This document shows, in pieces, positions 9,383 to 17,333 of a stretch of 32,000 nt of DNA. The stretch comes from Klebsiella phage phiKp_27, in the sequence record LC768497.1; one strand, given 5' to 3'. Positions within the stretch are counted from its first letter, which is position 1. Each line of letters starts with the position of its first letter. The notes below the pieces were generated by a model. The model had not been told where the DNA came from. It saw only the letters and a program-made list of their open reading frames with translations, and did not search any database. The position numbers were made by a program, and so were the translations under genes.

Positions 9383-9751
9383 ATGAAACTCGAATCTCGC
9401 TATATTGTATTTAAGCAGTCAGATGCCGCTAAGTATCTAACCAGCACTGCTATTCGGGAGATAAACGACAGCCTATCACTTATCTTTAAAGGCCGAGAGG
9501 CTGACGGCAAGGTAGGATTCCCGAACTATATCGTTCTAGAGGAGGATTGGCCGGAGTATCCTATCGCCAAAGAAGCTCTAGAAGGACGTATCGTGCTGGA
9601 AGAGTTTAATAAAAGGGCGGAGAAGAAACGTGGGGCTAAGGCTGCAGAAGATCACTATAAGCAGCACCAGTCTACAGAACTACTCCGGGGTATTTCTCCA
9701 TTCTGTGCAGGGTGGAACGACTACATGAGAAGACTGGTAATCGAGGAGTAA
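9383..9751 (+). CDS. hypothetical protein (122 aa)
   Basis: ORF with RBS. Confidence 0.75.
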   Translation: MKLESRYIVFKQSDAAKYLTSTAIREINDSLSLIFKGREADGKVGFPNYIVLEEDWPEYPIAKEALEGRIVLEEFNKRAEKKRGAKAAEDHYKQHQSTELLRGISPFCAGWNDYMRRLVIEE

Positions 9752-9753
9752 CC

Positions 9754-9873
9754 ATGTATACTGGAATGGGAAATGATATGGCCAAGATGTTTATTGGCCT
9801 CTTAATCCTGGCTGCGTTAGTCGGTGCAGCAATTGTAGGCGGAATCTGGGCGCTCGTAGCATTTGTATTTTAA
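9754..9873 (+). CDS. 39-aa single-pass Gly/Ala-rich membrane protein (MYTGMGNDMAKMFIGLLILAALVGAAIVGGIWALVAFVF)
   Basis: Read directly; not in supplied ORF track because of size; starts 2 nt after upstream stop codon. Confidence 0.6.
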   Translation: MYTGMGNDMAKMFIGLLILAALVGAAIVGGIWALVAFVF

Positions 9874-9885
9874 ATTCAGTTGCTT

Positions 9886-9937
9886 CCGAGCCAATTTTTC
9901 TGTATAATAGCTTTATAAATTGATGAGGAAGCAAATA
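9886..9937 (+). promoter_or_regulatory. promoter / leader cassette
   Basis: TGTATAATAGCTTTATAAATTGATGAGGAAGC upstream of ATG 9937. Confidence 0.6.
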
Positions 9938-10365
9938 TGAAAAACGCAATGATCGAACTGAATGCAAATATGGAATCCCTTCGCCACGCAGTTAACACCG
10001 CTCGTGCTTCTTTTAACCTGCTGATGCGTGATGAGAGCATACCGCTGTCTGCTCGTGTCAAGGCATTTGAGGAGTTCGCCGATGAACTCCTTCATATGGG
10101 AGATTACCTCAGCGACTCCCCATTTAATGAAGATCGCCGGGATTACCAACACGCTTACTGCAACCGTGGGGAAATAGTTTACCTGACCGATGTTCTGGAG
10201 AGTGTACTGGAGTACGCAGGCTCTTTCATGAAACTTCCCGAGGAGTGGGAAGACGCTTCGAACGACTATGTTCTAGACGAGATTCAAAAGAACTGGCCAG
10301 AGGTCAAGAAGCTGGTAGAAGAGCACATTCATTCTGAAGTTTACGCTTACCGGATCGATTGGTAA
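9937..10365 (+). CDS. hypothetical protein (142 aa)
   Basis: ORF with RBS. Confidence 0.8.
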   Translation: MKNAMIELNANMESLRHAVNTARASFNLLMRDESIPLSARVKAFEEFADELLHMGDYLSDSPFNEDRRDYQHAYCNRGEIVYLTDVLESVLEYAGSFMKLPEEWEDASNDYVLDEIQKNWPEVKKLVEEHIHSEVYAYRIDW

Positions 10366-10383
10366 AAAGTTTAAAAATTCACT

Positions 10384-10447
10384 TGCTAAGTAGTTAGAAT
10401 TTCGGTATAATATACGCATAAATTAACGAAACGGACGGAAATCATTA
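10384..10447 (+). promoter_or_regulatory. promoter / leader cassette
   Basis: TTGCTAAG...TATAATATACGCATAAATTAACG upstream of ATG 10447. Confidence 0.6.
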
Positions 10448-10752
10448 TGGCTAAGAACACTATCTCTTACACCACTGGTAAAACTGCTGACGAACAAGCT
10501 AACACCCTGACCAAAGACGAAATGGTTGCGGTACTGGTAATTCTGCTGGATATGGATGGGTTCGAAGGTCAGCTTGCTAAACTGTCTCTCCCAGCACTTC
10601 GTGCTCTGTACGAAGGTACTAACAAAAATGCTGCGGCCTACAACCTCGCTAAAAATGAAGCGCGTTGGGCCAAAGAACACCAGCAGGTTGCTGAACGTCG
10701 TGCTGAGAGCTTCGAACGTGACCTGAAACGTGAAAAGGCGAAGAAAAAGTAA
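10447..10752 (+). CDS. hypothetical protein, C-terminal charged helix (101 aa)
   Basis: ORF with leader. Confidence 0.75.
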   Translation: MAKNTISYTTGKTADEQANTLTKDEMVAVLVILLDMDGFEGQLAKLSLPALRALYEGTNKNAAAYNLAKNEARWAKEHQQVAERRAESFERDLKREKAKKK

Positions 10753-11033
10753 TGGTACTAGAAATTCTTTCCGGGCTGTTAATAGCAGCCCTCGTAACTG
10801 GAACGGGTCTGGCGGTTTGGGTATCAATACTGCGGGAAACTAACCGCAGAATGAGATTGACCAATAACGGACTCCATGAGAAGTTGATGAGTCAAGTACA
10901 GGACGCCGATGAGTTCTCTGCTGCGGCTGAACGACTCTTAGTTCGCCTGGCTAAGATTGAAGAGATTATCGGTCAGGATTCCACAATGTCGAAGACAACC
11001 AAAATGCGGTTGATCACGGAGATTAAAAAATGA
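10752..11033 (+). CDS. small membrane protein with N-terminal TM (93 aa)
   Basis: TAATG overlap with upstream gene; hydrophobic N-terminus. Confidence 0.75.
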   Translation: MVLEILSGLLIAALVTGTGLAVWVSILRETNRRMRLTNNGLHEKLMSQVQDADEFSAAAERLLVRLAKIEEIIGQDSTMSKTTKMRLITEIKK

Positions 11034-11278
11034 TCTCACCAATTGTAGCAGCACTTTACTTAGTAGTTGTTGGCTACCTGTCCGGAAAGTACCACTCCTT
11101 CGGTTTAAAAGGTACTATCAAGGCAGCAATGCTGGTTCCTCTGTATCCTCTGGCACTTCTGTTAACTGGGTACTACGCCTGTGTTTTGAGAATCTTTGGC
11201 CGGGGCAAAGTTAACTACGATAACTGCACAGCATTGCTGGACGACATTGAAAACACCATTAAGAAGGAAGAAAAATGA
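11030..11278 (+). CDS. small membrane protein (82 aa)
   Basis: ATGA overlap; hydrophobic helices. Confidence 0.75.
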   Translation: MISPIVAALYLVVVGYLSGKYHSFGLKGTIKAAMLVPLYPLALLLTGYYACVLRIFGRGKVNYDNCTALLDDIENTIKKEEK

Positions 11279-11619
11279 ATCTTAACTCCAAAGAGCGTGA
11301 TATTCTGTTAGAAGCTCTAGACCATTACTCCGACTTCGGTGGGGAAATGTCTGATAAAGAGTACGAGTTATTTGTAAACCTTCAGAGAAAAATCACCCAG
11401 GCAGAAAAGGACTCATGGCGCCCTTTGAGTGAGCTTCCTCCTCTAGGCTTGGCAATTGTGGTTCAGCGTGCTGATGGCGCTCCGTTTAACACTGTGATGG
11501 TTCGCAGAGATCTGGCAAAGTCCTACTCACCGGATATCATCACGCTGCACACTAAGATCACCGACGAACCTTTCGAGTTTAATACTCGTCACTATTACTG
11601 GAGACTGACCAATGCTTAA
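11275..11619 (+). CDS. hypothetical protein (114 aa) with WRPLSELPP...AIVVQ and F...THYWRL pattern seen in DUF551-like phage proteins
   Basis: Translation motifs; ATGA overlap with upstream gene. Confidence 0.7.
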   Translation: MNLNSKERDILLEALDHYSDFGGEMSDKEYELFVNLQRKITQAEKDSWRPLSELPPLGLAIVVQRADGAPFNTVMVRRDLAKSYSPDIITLHTKITDEPFEFNTRHYYWRLTNA

Positions 11620-11839
11620 TCAGCTTCGAATCTATAACTTCCTGGATTGCAACTTCCAGGTCTGGCGAGAACTCCCCAGCCGTTTCCTAGGCTGGGCATT
11701 GTTCCTCTCCATGGTGGTTTCAGTCTTCCATAACGTCCCGGCGACGTTCTACATGGAAGCAATTCAACCAGTCACTGTATTCATTTACGAGATGTATCTT
11801 GTAGCAATTAACGGGTGGAAAGATGGCCGCATCAACTGA
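11612..11839 (+). CDS. small membrane protein (75 aa)
   Basis: Overlapping ORF in operon, hydrophobic. Confidence 0.6.
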   Translation: MLNQLRIYNFLDCNFQVWRELPSRFLGWALFLSMVVSVFHNVPATFYMEAIQPVTVFIYEMYLVAINGWKDGRIN

Positions 11840-12290
11840 AGTTTTAAATCAATATTTTAATCGTGAGCACCAAGAGTTCAGCGATCTGTTCATCCAGATG
11901 TTTGTTAACGCTAATAACTCTCTGGACTATCGTTTCTTCAACGAGTTCCATGAGACCACGTTCAGCCATCAGGATATCAACTCCGCTCTGAAAGAACTCA
12001 TTGGCTCCAAAGTGATACCGTTCCGACAGACTGCAAATGCAGAGACGCTAGAACTTAGCATGGTTTGGGGCTTATTCAAGAAAGCGTATGAGTTCGGTAA
12101 GTACCAGAACGCACGCTACTGGATCTACGAAGTGTTACTGAACACAGCAGTTGTCCTACCTCGACAAATGATGATGGGCTGGATCGCTAAACAACGTCCT
12201 GAACGCAACGCAAAATCATTCGCACCAATTAACGACGGGAACTTATACCATGCAAGTGAAAAATTTGATGCTCCAAAATCCGTGGCTTGA
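11823..12290 (+). CDS. hypothetical protein (155 aa)
   Basis: ORF track. Confidence 0.75.
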   Translation: MAASTEVLNQYFNREHQEFSDLFIQMFVNANNSLDYRFFNEFHETTFSHQDINSALKELIGSKVIPFRQTANAETLELSMVWGLFKKAYEFGKYQNARYWIYEVLLNTAVVLPRQMMMGWIAKQRPERNAKSFAPINDGNLYHASEKFDAPKSVA

Positions 12291-12639
12291 TCGCCTGGCG
12301 CAAGTAGAGAAGATGCTTCTGGTTGAAGGTCTGACCGAAGAAGACATTTGTCTGAATTCCTTCTATAACTGCAAAACCCATGTAATGCAGGCGTTAGACG
12401 AAGAACGTGTTGAGCTGAGTAAGTTTATGGTGAATATCGCCACAGCTCAAGTCCACTGGCAAACTCAGGGCTTATCCGCCGACGATATCCTGAAACATAC
12501 CCTGAATGCTATTGCAGAGTATGGGAAAGCTCGTGGTGAAGCACTCCTGGCTTCGAAGAAAGAGTTTGATAAATCGGAATCGATGCTGAAAATGGCAATC
12601 GATATCCATGTGGAAGGCATCGACGGTACTATTCACTAA
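12250..12639 (+). CDS. hypothetical protein (129 aa)
   Basis: ORF track; overlaps upstream gene. Confidence 0.75.
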   Translation: MQVKNLMLQNPWLDRLAQVEKMLLVEGLTEEDICLNSFYNCKTHVMQALDEERVELSKFMVNIATAQVHWQTQGLSADDILKHTLNAIAEYGKARGEALLASKKEFDKSESMLKMAIDIHVEGIDGTIH

Positions 12640-12649
12640 GAGGTGACAA

Positions 12650-12937
12650 ATGGCTAAGAAACGCGTTGTGGTAAACTTCCTAGAGGAAGATTCTGGGGAT
12701 TGCGAGTACGGTTGCTGGAATACTGGCTACGGTGTTGAGGTTATGGTGGATGGCAAATGCGTCCACCGTCAGGAAGCCTGGGCAAGCTGCACTAACAACA
12801 GCAGCGTAGACTTTGACGTGTTGGCCCATGTTCTTCAGGGCATCAAGACGAAGGAAGGCTACCCGGTCAACGCAGATCACATCGACTTTGGAGATCCTTC
12901 CGATTATCCAGAGGAGTTTCTGGATCTGTTCACCTAA
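12650..12937 (+). CDS. hypothetical protein (95 aa)
   Basis: ORF with RBS gaggtgac. Confidence 0.75.
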   Translation: MAKKRVVVNFLEEDSGDCEYGCWNTGYGVEVMVDGKCVHRQEAWASCTNNSSVDFDVLAHVLQGIKTKEGYPVNADHIDFGDPSDYPEEFLDLFT

Positions 12938-12942
12938 CAAAG

Positions 12943-12970
12943 AGGCCAGGGCTAAATGCTCTGGCCTTTC
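12943..12970 (+). terminator. terminator-like hairpin
   Basis: AGGCCAG...CTGGCCT stem then TTTC; same stem sequence as 4982 terminator. Confidence 0.6.
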
Positions 12971-12982
12971 GTGGTTTCAACT

Positions 12983-13459
12983 ATGGAAGAATTAAGACAG
13001 AAGATAAATCAAGAACTAGTATGGGAAGCTAAATCCTTCCCTATTAATCAGTTCCTTAAACGCGACGGTTCGATCAACCATAATAAGATAAAGCAACTTA
13101 GGCCAGATTTCAGGCAAGATGCTAAGAACCTCATCTTTATTAACCGTGCTCTAGACGCTCATGGAGTATTCTTCGGGTATGAGAAGCTAGTGTTTCACAG
13201 CCTAAATCAGCTGGTGGAGATATGGTGTCCAGACCATCAGGATTACTTTATGCAAACAGCTAGAAGCCACCTAGAAGGCAATGGTTGCCAAAAATGCAGA
13301 CACAGCATGGTCACTAGAGTTACGGATTATGGAAGTTACACCGTGCCAGCATACTATCATAAATTTTCAATTGACGGAGACTCCATTATTTGGTATAATA
13401 ACTCCAGTAAATTGATAAAGCCTTTGGAGGTTAAAGATGAAATACGATTCCCTGAATAA
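12983..13459 (+). CDS. hypothetical protein with CPDHQDYFMQTARSHLEGNGCQKC Cys/His motif
   Basis: Start MEELRQ chosen; motif resembles CPxHGxFxQxxxxHLxGxGCxxC repeats found in phage nuclease-associated proteins. Confidence 0.65.
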   Translation: MEELRQKINQELVWEAKSFPINQFLKRDGSINHNKIKQLRPDFRQDAKNLIFINRALDAHGVFFGYEKLVFHSLNQLVEIWCPDHQDYFMQTARSHLEGNGCQKCRHSMVTRVTDYGSYTVPAYYHKFSIDGDSIIWYNNSSKLIKPLEVKDEIRFPE

Positions 13460-13838
13460 TCCTAGTACCAACTATCTGACAGACCAGTCAGTATCTGAGA
13501 TCAAGTTTATGCCCAATGCAACCACAACAGGGTTGCATGGATTGCAAGCTGGAATCTCCTTCCGCTTCCGCAACCTGCGCTTTACGTTCGTAGGCGAAGA
13601 AGCTAAAATGATCTCTATAATTGACAAGGTTAAAGCAGTAAGCGAGCTGTCCGGTAGCGATACCGTTAAGTTCGAAGCATTAACCTCGTTACTGCTGACT
13701 AGTGGTGCCACGGTTGAGAAGTTCGAACTTATTCAGCCGCATGTTTCTGCATTGACTAACTCCAGAAATATCTGGGATCAAGCCAATGTCGAGAGTCTCA
13801 TAAAATGGGATAGTGCTACAGAGTTCTACAACAAGTAA
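13437..13838 (+). CDS. hypothetical protein (133 aa)
   Basis: ORF overlapping upstream gene end, RBS ggaggttaaag. Confidence 0.7.
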   Translation: MKYDSLNNPSTNYLTDQSVSEIKFMPNATTTGLHGLQAGISFRFRNLRFTFVGEEAKMISIIDKVKAVSELSGSDTVKFEALTSLLLTSGATVEKFELIQPHVSALTNSRNIWDQANVESLIKWDSATEFYNK

Positions 13839-13850
13839 GAGGGCTAGGAT

Positions 13851-14360
13851 ATGTTATTCTGTACAGTTGATTTTGAAGAAGCTAACGAAACGTACATTGT
13901 CTACGGCATGTCTGAAAACAAAGTACGTATCCTCTGGAATCAGTTCCAAGTAGAAGTACCGGACGACATATCCAAGACTCCGAAAGACTTCTTTCATTTA
14001 ATAGATGTTAAGGCAGTAAAAGCTCGTAAGAAGCTAACTCCTTATGCGTTCCCAGGTGCAGTATTCGTACATGAGTTAACAGCGTATACTAACGTGGTTC
14101 TCAAAAAGTCTCGACAGCACCCGGGCTATCTCACGATGTTGACGTACAAAGTTGGAGCTATTCACGACGGTGAGCTGGTGGTTCGGGTAGATGCACGCTT
14201 GCAGCAAGAAGTCGAAGAAATGATTAGGCAGTGCCAAAATAAAGCTGAATTAAAACAAAGAGCACGCTTATTCGACATGGCAGCACCTAGCGAAGCAATG
14301 TCCGCATATCACGGCTTTTATAAAGAAATAGCTGAATCCGATGAAGATTTCTTTATGTAA
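13851..14360 (+). CDS. hypothetical protein (169 aa)
   Basis: ORF track. Confidence 0.75.
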   Translation: MLFCTVDFEEANETYIVYGMSENKVRILWNQFQVEVPDDISKTPKDFFHLIDVKAVKARKKLTPYAFPGAVFVHELTAYTNVVLKKSRQHPGYLTMLTYKVGAIHDGELVVRVDARLQQEVEEMIRQCQNKAELKQRARLFDMAAPSEAMSAYHGFYKEIAESDEDFFM

Positions 14361-14372
14361 AAGGATAACACA

Positions 14373-14693
14373 ATGAACGAGAAATATGAAGTATGGACTC
14401 CGGTTGGGGAGAATTGTAGCTATCTTCTTCGTACCCTGTGTACTCGGGAGGATGGCACATCTTTCGCAGAGTACTTGAGCGAATGCCACGCTAAAGCCCA
14501 ACAGGACAACCCGCTATTCAAGATCAGAGGCGAGGATATCCTCAAAGTTAACGGCGTGCCGTACACGCCAGTGGACAGTTTCGCCGCTCTTCAGGTGTTT
14601 AAGGAACACAGAGAGCGGGAGCACCGGAGGATGATTGAACGCTTAACCGGCAGAGAGCCATTCTCACATCCTAGGTGGAATGAGGAGACTTAA
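14373..14693 (+). CDS. hypothetical protein (106 aa)
   Basis: ORF track. Confidence 0.75.
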   Translation: MNEKYEVWTPVGENCSYLLRTLCTREDGTSFAEYLSECHAKAQQDNPLFKIRGEDILKVNGVPYTPVDSFAALQVFKEHREREHRRMIERLTGREPFSHPRWNEET

Positions 14694-14992
14694 TGAATTT
14701 AGTAAACGTTAAGGGGCCACACGCTTCTGATAAGGAGTATGTGGTTCTATCAGATATATCAGATATATCAGCAGGAGAAATCCTAGCACTGTGGAAGATG
14801 GACAGAAACCGTTACACGGCGAAGTATCCTGACTACACGTTACCATTGAATCGCTGGCTGTCTCTGATGGGGTACAAGTTCTGCTACACCACCACGCTAG
14901 AGTCAGCTGTGAAAGAAAACGCAAAGGCCGGGAGAGAACATAATAAGAAGCTCGCGGCTAGAGGTGAAGGAGAATCCAGTAGAGACCTATGA
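14693..14992 (+). CDS. hypothetical protein (99 aa)
   Basis: TAATG overlap. Confidence 0.75.
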   Translation: MNLVNVKGPHASDKEYVVLSDISDISAGEILALWKMDRNRYTAKYPDYTLPLNRWLSLMGYKFCYTTTLESAVKENAKAGREHNKKLAARGEGESSRDL

Positions 14993-15765
14993 ATAGAGCA
15001 GACAAGTTACAACACATCTTCGATCTCGTTAAGAAAGCAGATCAGAAGAAGTTATCAGAACTAACCCCGGAAGAGTATCAAGCAGTACTCTTCTGTTGTG
15101 CAGCAATGCCAGCGTCCCTAGACGGAGTGAAAGCTAAGTCTAATATAAAGAATGGCAAAGCGACAACGTTCCAACCTACTTATGTGTGGTTGAGGAGCAA
15201 TATGCAGAAGGTTATCAGTCCTGACATAGTAGGATTCTCCGCTAGAAAGGTTCCGAATATCTTTATTGATGAGGAACCTAGAACTCCTGAGTTCACGAAG
15301 GACTGGAAAGATGCTCTGGATTCATTCCCGTCTGACAAGGTTCCTTATAAACCAGACGATGAGACGTATGCACATTTGCCATTCTTACCTCATCCAGGTT
15401 TCTCTGTTTCAGATCCAGAAGAGAAGATTAACTTAAAAGACTTTAACCCAAGTGAAGAAGACATTGCATACCCATTAATGAGAACCGCTATTCGAATTAA
15501 ACGAGGCAAAGAACTCGATAAACAAGATTTAGCAGTAATCGCGTTAACTAAGCATATGTCTCACTATCTTCAAGTTAAAAAGATCGCAACAAATCTTTGC
15601 ATTCCTCAATGCTACGAAGTTATTAATGAATCGGAGCTAGAGGGCGAGTTACCGAAAGGTTCTGTTACTCACAAAGATATCTCCCACATTGATCTCTCCA
15701 TCGAAGCAATCTATCTAGGACTCCTAAGAACAGGACGTTTCTATAGATTCCCATCAGATCTCTAA
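14989..15765 (+). CDS. hypothetical protein (258 aa)
   Basis: ATGA overlap. Confidence 0.75.
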   Translation: MNRADKLQHIFDLVKKADQKKLSELTPEEYQAVLFCCAAMPASLDGVKAKSNIKNGKATTFQPTYVWLRSNMQKVISPDIVGFSARKVPNIFIDEEPRTPEFTKDWKDALDSFPSDKVPYKPDDETYAHLPFLPHPGFSVSDPEEKINLKDFNPSEEDIAYPLMRTAIRIKRGKELDKQDLAVIALTKHMSHYLQVKKIATNLCIPQCYEVINESELEGELPKGSVTHKDISHIDLSIEAIYLGLLRTGRFYRFPSDL

Positions 15766-15772
15766 TCTCAAC

Positions 15773-15794
15773 AGCAGGGTTTCCACGCCCTGCT
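15773..15794 (+). terminator. hairpin AGCAGGG/CCCTGCT after last gene of the early cassette (no U-tract)
   Basis: 7-bp GC-rich inverted repeat. Confidence 0.35.
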
Positions 15795-15834
15795 CCTCCG
15801 CCATAGCAGAAATTCAAACTCTTGTGAAATATTC

Positions 15835-15864
15835 TTGACAAATATTTTGAGCACGTGGTATAAT
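15835..15864 (+). promoter_or_regulatory. strong sigma70 promoter with no ORF downstream
   Basis: TTGACA - 18 nt - TATAAT; followed by >1 kb without credible CDS. Confidence 0.75.
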
Positions 15865-15900
15865 AATCTCATAGATTACATACAATTCTTAATTTATGTA

Positions 15901-15996
15901 GCTAGGCGAAGATTATCCCAGATTATTAATCGGCGTCTAACTCGTTAGTGCGACGGGTTAATACATCTGGTCTTGGCATAATCTACAGAGCCTAGC
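15901..15996 (+). ncRNA. candidate structured RNA (multi-helix extended hairpin)
   Basis: Nested complementary segments: GCTAGGC/GCCTAGC, GATTAT/ATAATC, CCAGATTATTAATC/GGTTAATA(C)ATCTGG, CGTC/GACG. Confidence 0.55.
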
Positions 15997-16463
15997 ACGC
16001 TACATCAAGAGAAATAGGGGAACCTATAACTAAAATAAATAACACAATAAAAGAAACTAAGGAAACGTGGGAATGAACTCACGATTACTCACGTTTAAAA
16101 GTAGGTAATCCTTACACACCATCGTTTCGCGGCTCTAGGGTTGAACTCTAGTCATCTTTCTATACAGGGCGGTTATCTACCAACACCTAAGGGGAGGGCG
16201 GTTATTTTCCAACTCACTTTTTCGGAAAGCAATTTCCAGAAACTCACACAATTCCACGAAGTTCCACACATCTCATATATCTAAACGCTAGCTGCCTAAG
16301 TTTTAAGCGTCACATCACACTACCTCACACCTAACTCTAGCTGCCCCACGAAGTTCCCACACAAACTCACGTCATTTGCCCAAGTTCTAAGCGTCACATC
16401 CACTAAATAAAATCCCTAGTTCTCAAATATTAAAGAAGCTAAGCATTTCTAGAATTCTAGCAA

Positions 16464-17062
16464 TTGTCGGATTCGCACATACCAAAATGATTGTAGGAAA
16501 AGCACATTAACTCTAAATCCAAAAACACGGTCGAATTTGCACATTCAAAAATCATGGTCGGATTTGCACATACTCAAACAGTTGTCGGATATGCACATTA
16601 TTACTGACGAACGGTAGCTGTGGATCAAAATCTTCGATTCTGCGATTATAAAATATCTCCTGAAATTTCAAGCCTTTTTACACGGTGTGTCACCGTGAGT
16701 TCGCTTGTTTTTTAGAGCCACAGGAATTTTTCTTGTGTCAACCCCTTTACCCCCATTTAACTCATAATATTTTCCCTTATCTGCCCCCTGCCCCCATCAT
16801 CCCCGAATTGCCCCAATTAACCCCGTTTATCCCTCTCCCAAAAATACCCGTCGGATTTGCACATACTCACCCAGACTCGCGCCCACCGCTGCGCTGCAGC
16901 AACCTGCGCGCCTTCCCCCTAAAAATTATCATCGGATTTGCACATACTTCCACCAACTCACGTCAACCCCCAGGGCGGTAAAAATAAATTATTGTCGGAT
17001 TTGCACATACCCTAGCAGCCTCACGTAATATTTTGCTTGACACATTGTCGGATTCGCACATA
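16464..17062 (+). repeat. iteron-like direct repeats, consensus TTGTCGGATTTGCACATAC (8 copies)
   Basis: Copies near 16464, 16529, 16556, 16583, 16850, 16931, 16993, 17045. Confidence 0.9.
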
Positions 17063-17095
17063 AGCGCAGGGCAAGGGCCGGGGGTCGGAAATGCA

Positions 17096-17191
17096 AATAC
17101 GAATGAGAACGATTCGCATTTGAGAAGTTGAATGCGAATGATAATTATTCTCGTTTGATAAGCTGAATACGAATGAGAATGATTCGCATTT
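17096..17191 (+). repeat. direct repeat AATACGAATGAGAAYGATTCGCATTT x2
   Basis: 17096-17121 and 17166-17191, 25/26 identical, 70 nt apart. Confidence 0.9.
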
Positions 17192-17280
17192 CGGAAAGGA
17201 AGTGAGAAACACTCTCATTTAAGTTATCCCCAGAGTTATACAAAATTGTAAATTAGCTTGACGCCCCAATCGATCGGTAG

Positions 17281-17333
17281 CGAGTTATCAACAGACTTAT
17301 CAACAGGTTATCCTACTGTATATTTATACAGTA
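17281..17333 (-). repeat. control module copy 1 (inverted relative to 20976-21028)
   Basis: Reverse complement is 49/53 identical to 20976-21028. Confidence 0.9.
17314..17333. promoter_or_regulatory. LexA/SOS-box-like operator TACTGTATATTTATACAGTA
   Basis: CTG-N10-CAG, one mismatch from E. coli consensus TACTGTATATATATACAGTA. Confidence 0.6.

Noticed and set aside
14741-14773. Tandem AGATATATC triplet-like repeat as microsatellite/phase-variation site
   Set aside because: Only about three 9-nt units, all in frame (SDISDIS); copy change would not cause frameshift.
1-15765. Known defence or anti-defence system
   Set aside because: No recognisable toxin-antitoxin, restriction-modification, CBASS, retron RT or Acr-like gene could be supported; genes are typical small T5-like early genes of unknown function.
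15996-16200. Possible tRNA (GTTCAAC-like T-loop near 16140 on the minus strand, several small stems)
   Set aside because: Could not build a 7-bp acceptor, a D-arm or an anticodon arm around it; no credible cloverleaf on either strand.
16685-16981. 98-aa ORF MCHREFACFLEPQ... on +
   Set aside because: Runs through two iterons and the C-rich tract; Pro-rich composition from C-runs; no RBS.
16464-17062. CRISPR array
   Set aside because: Repeats are ~19 nt with irregular intervals from about 27 to over 250 nt, some degenerate, and there are no cas genes; iteron-like sites fit better.
17021-17218. 65-aa minus ORF
   Set aside because: Consists of translated iteron and 26-nt repeats; no RBS.
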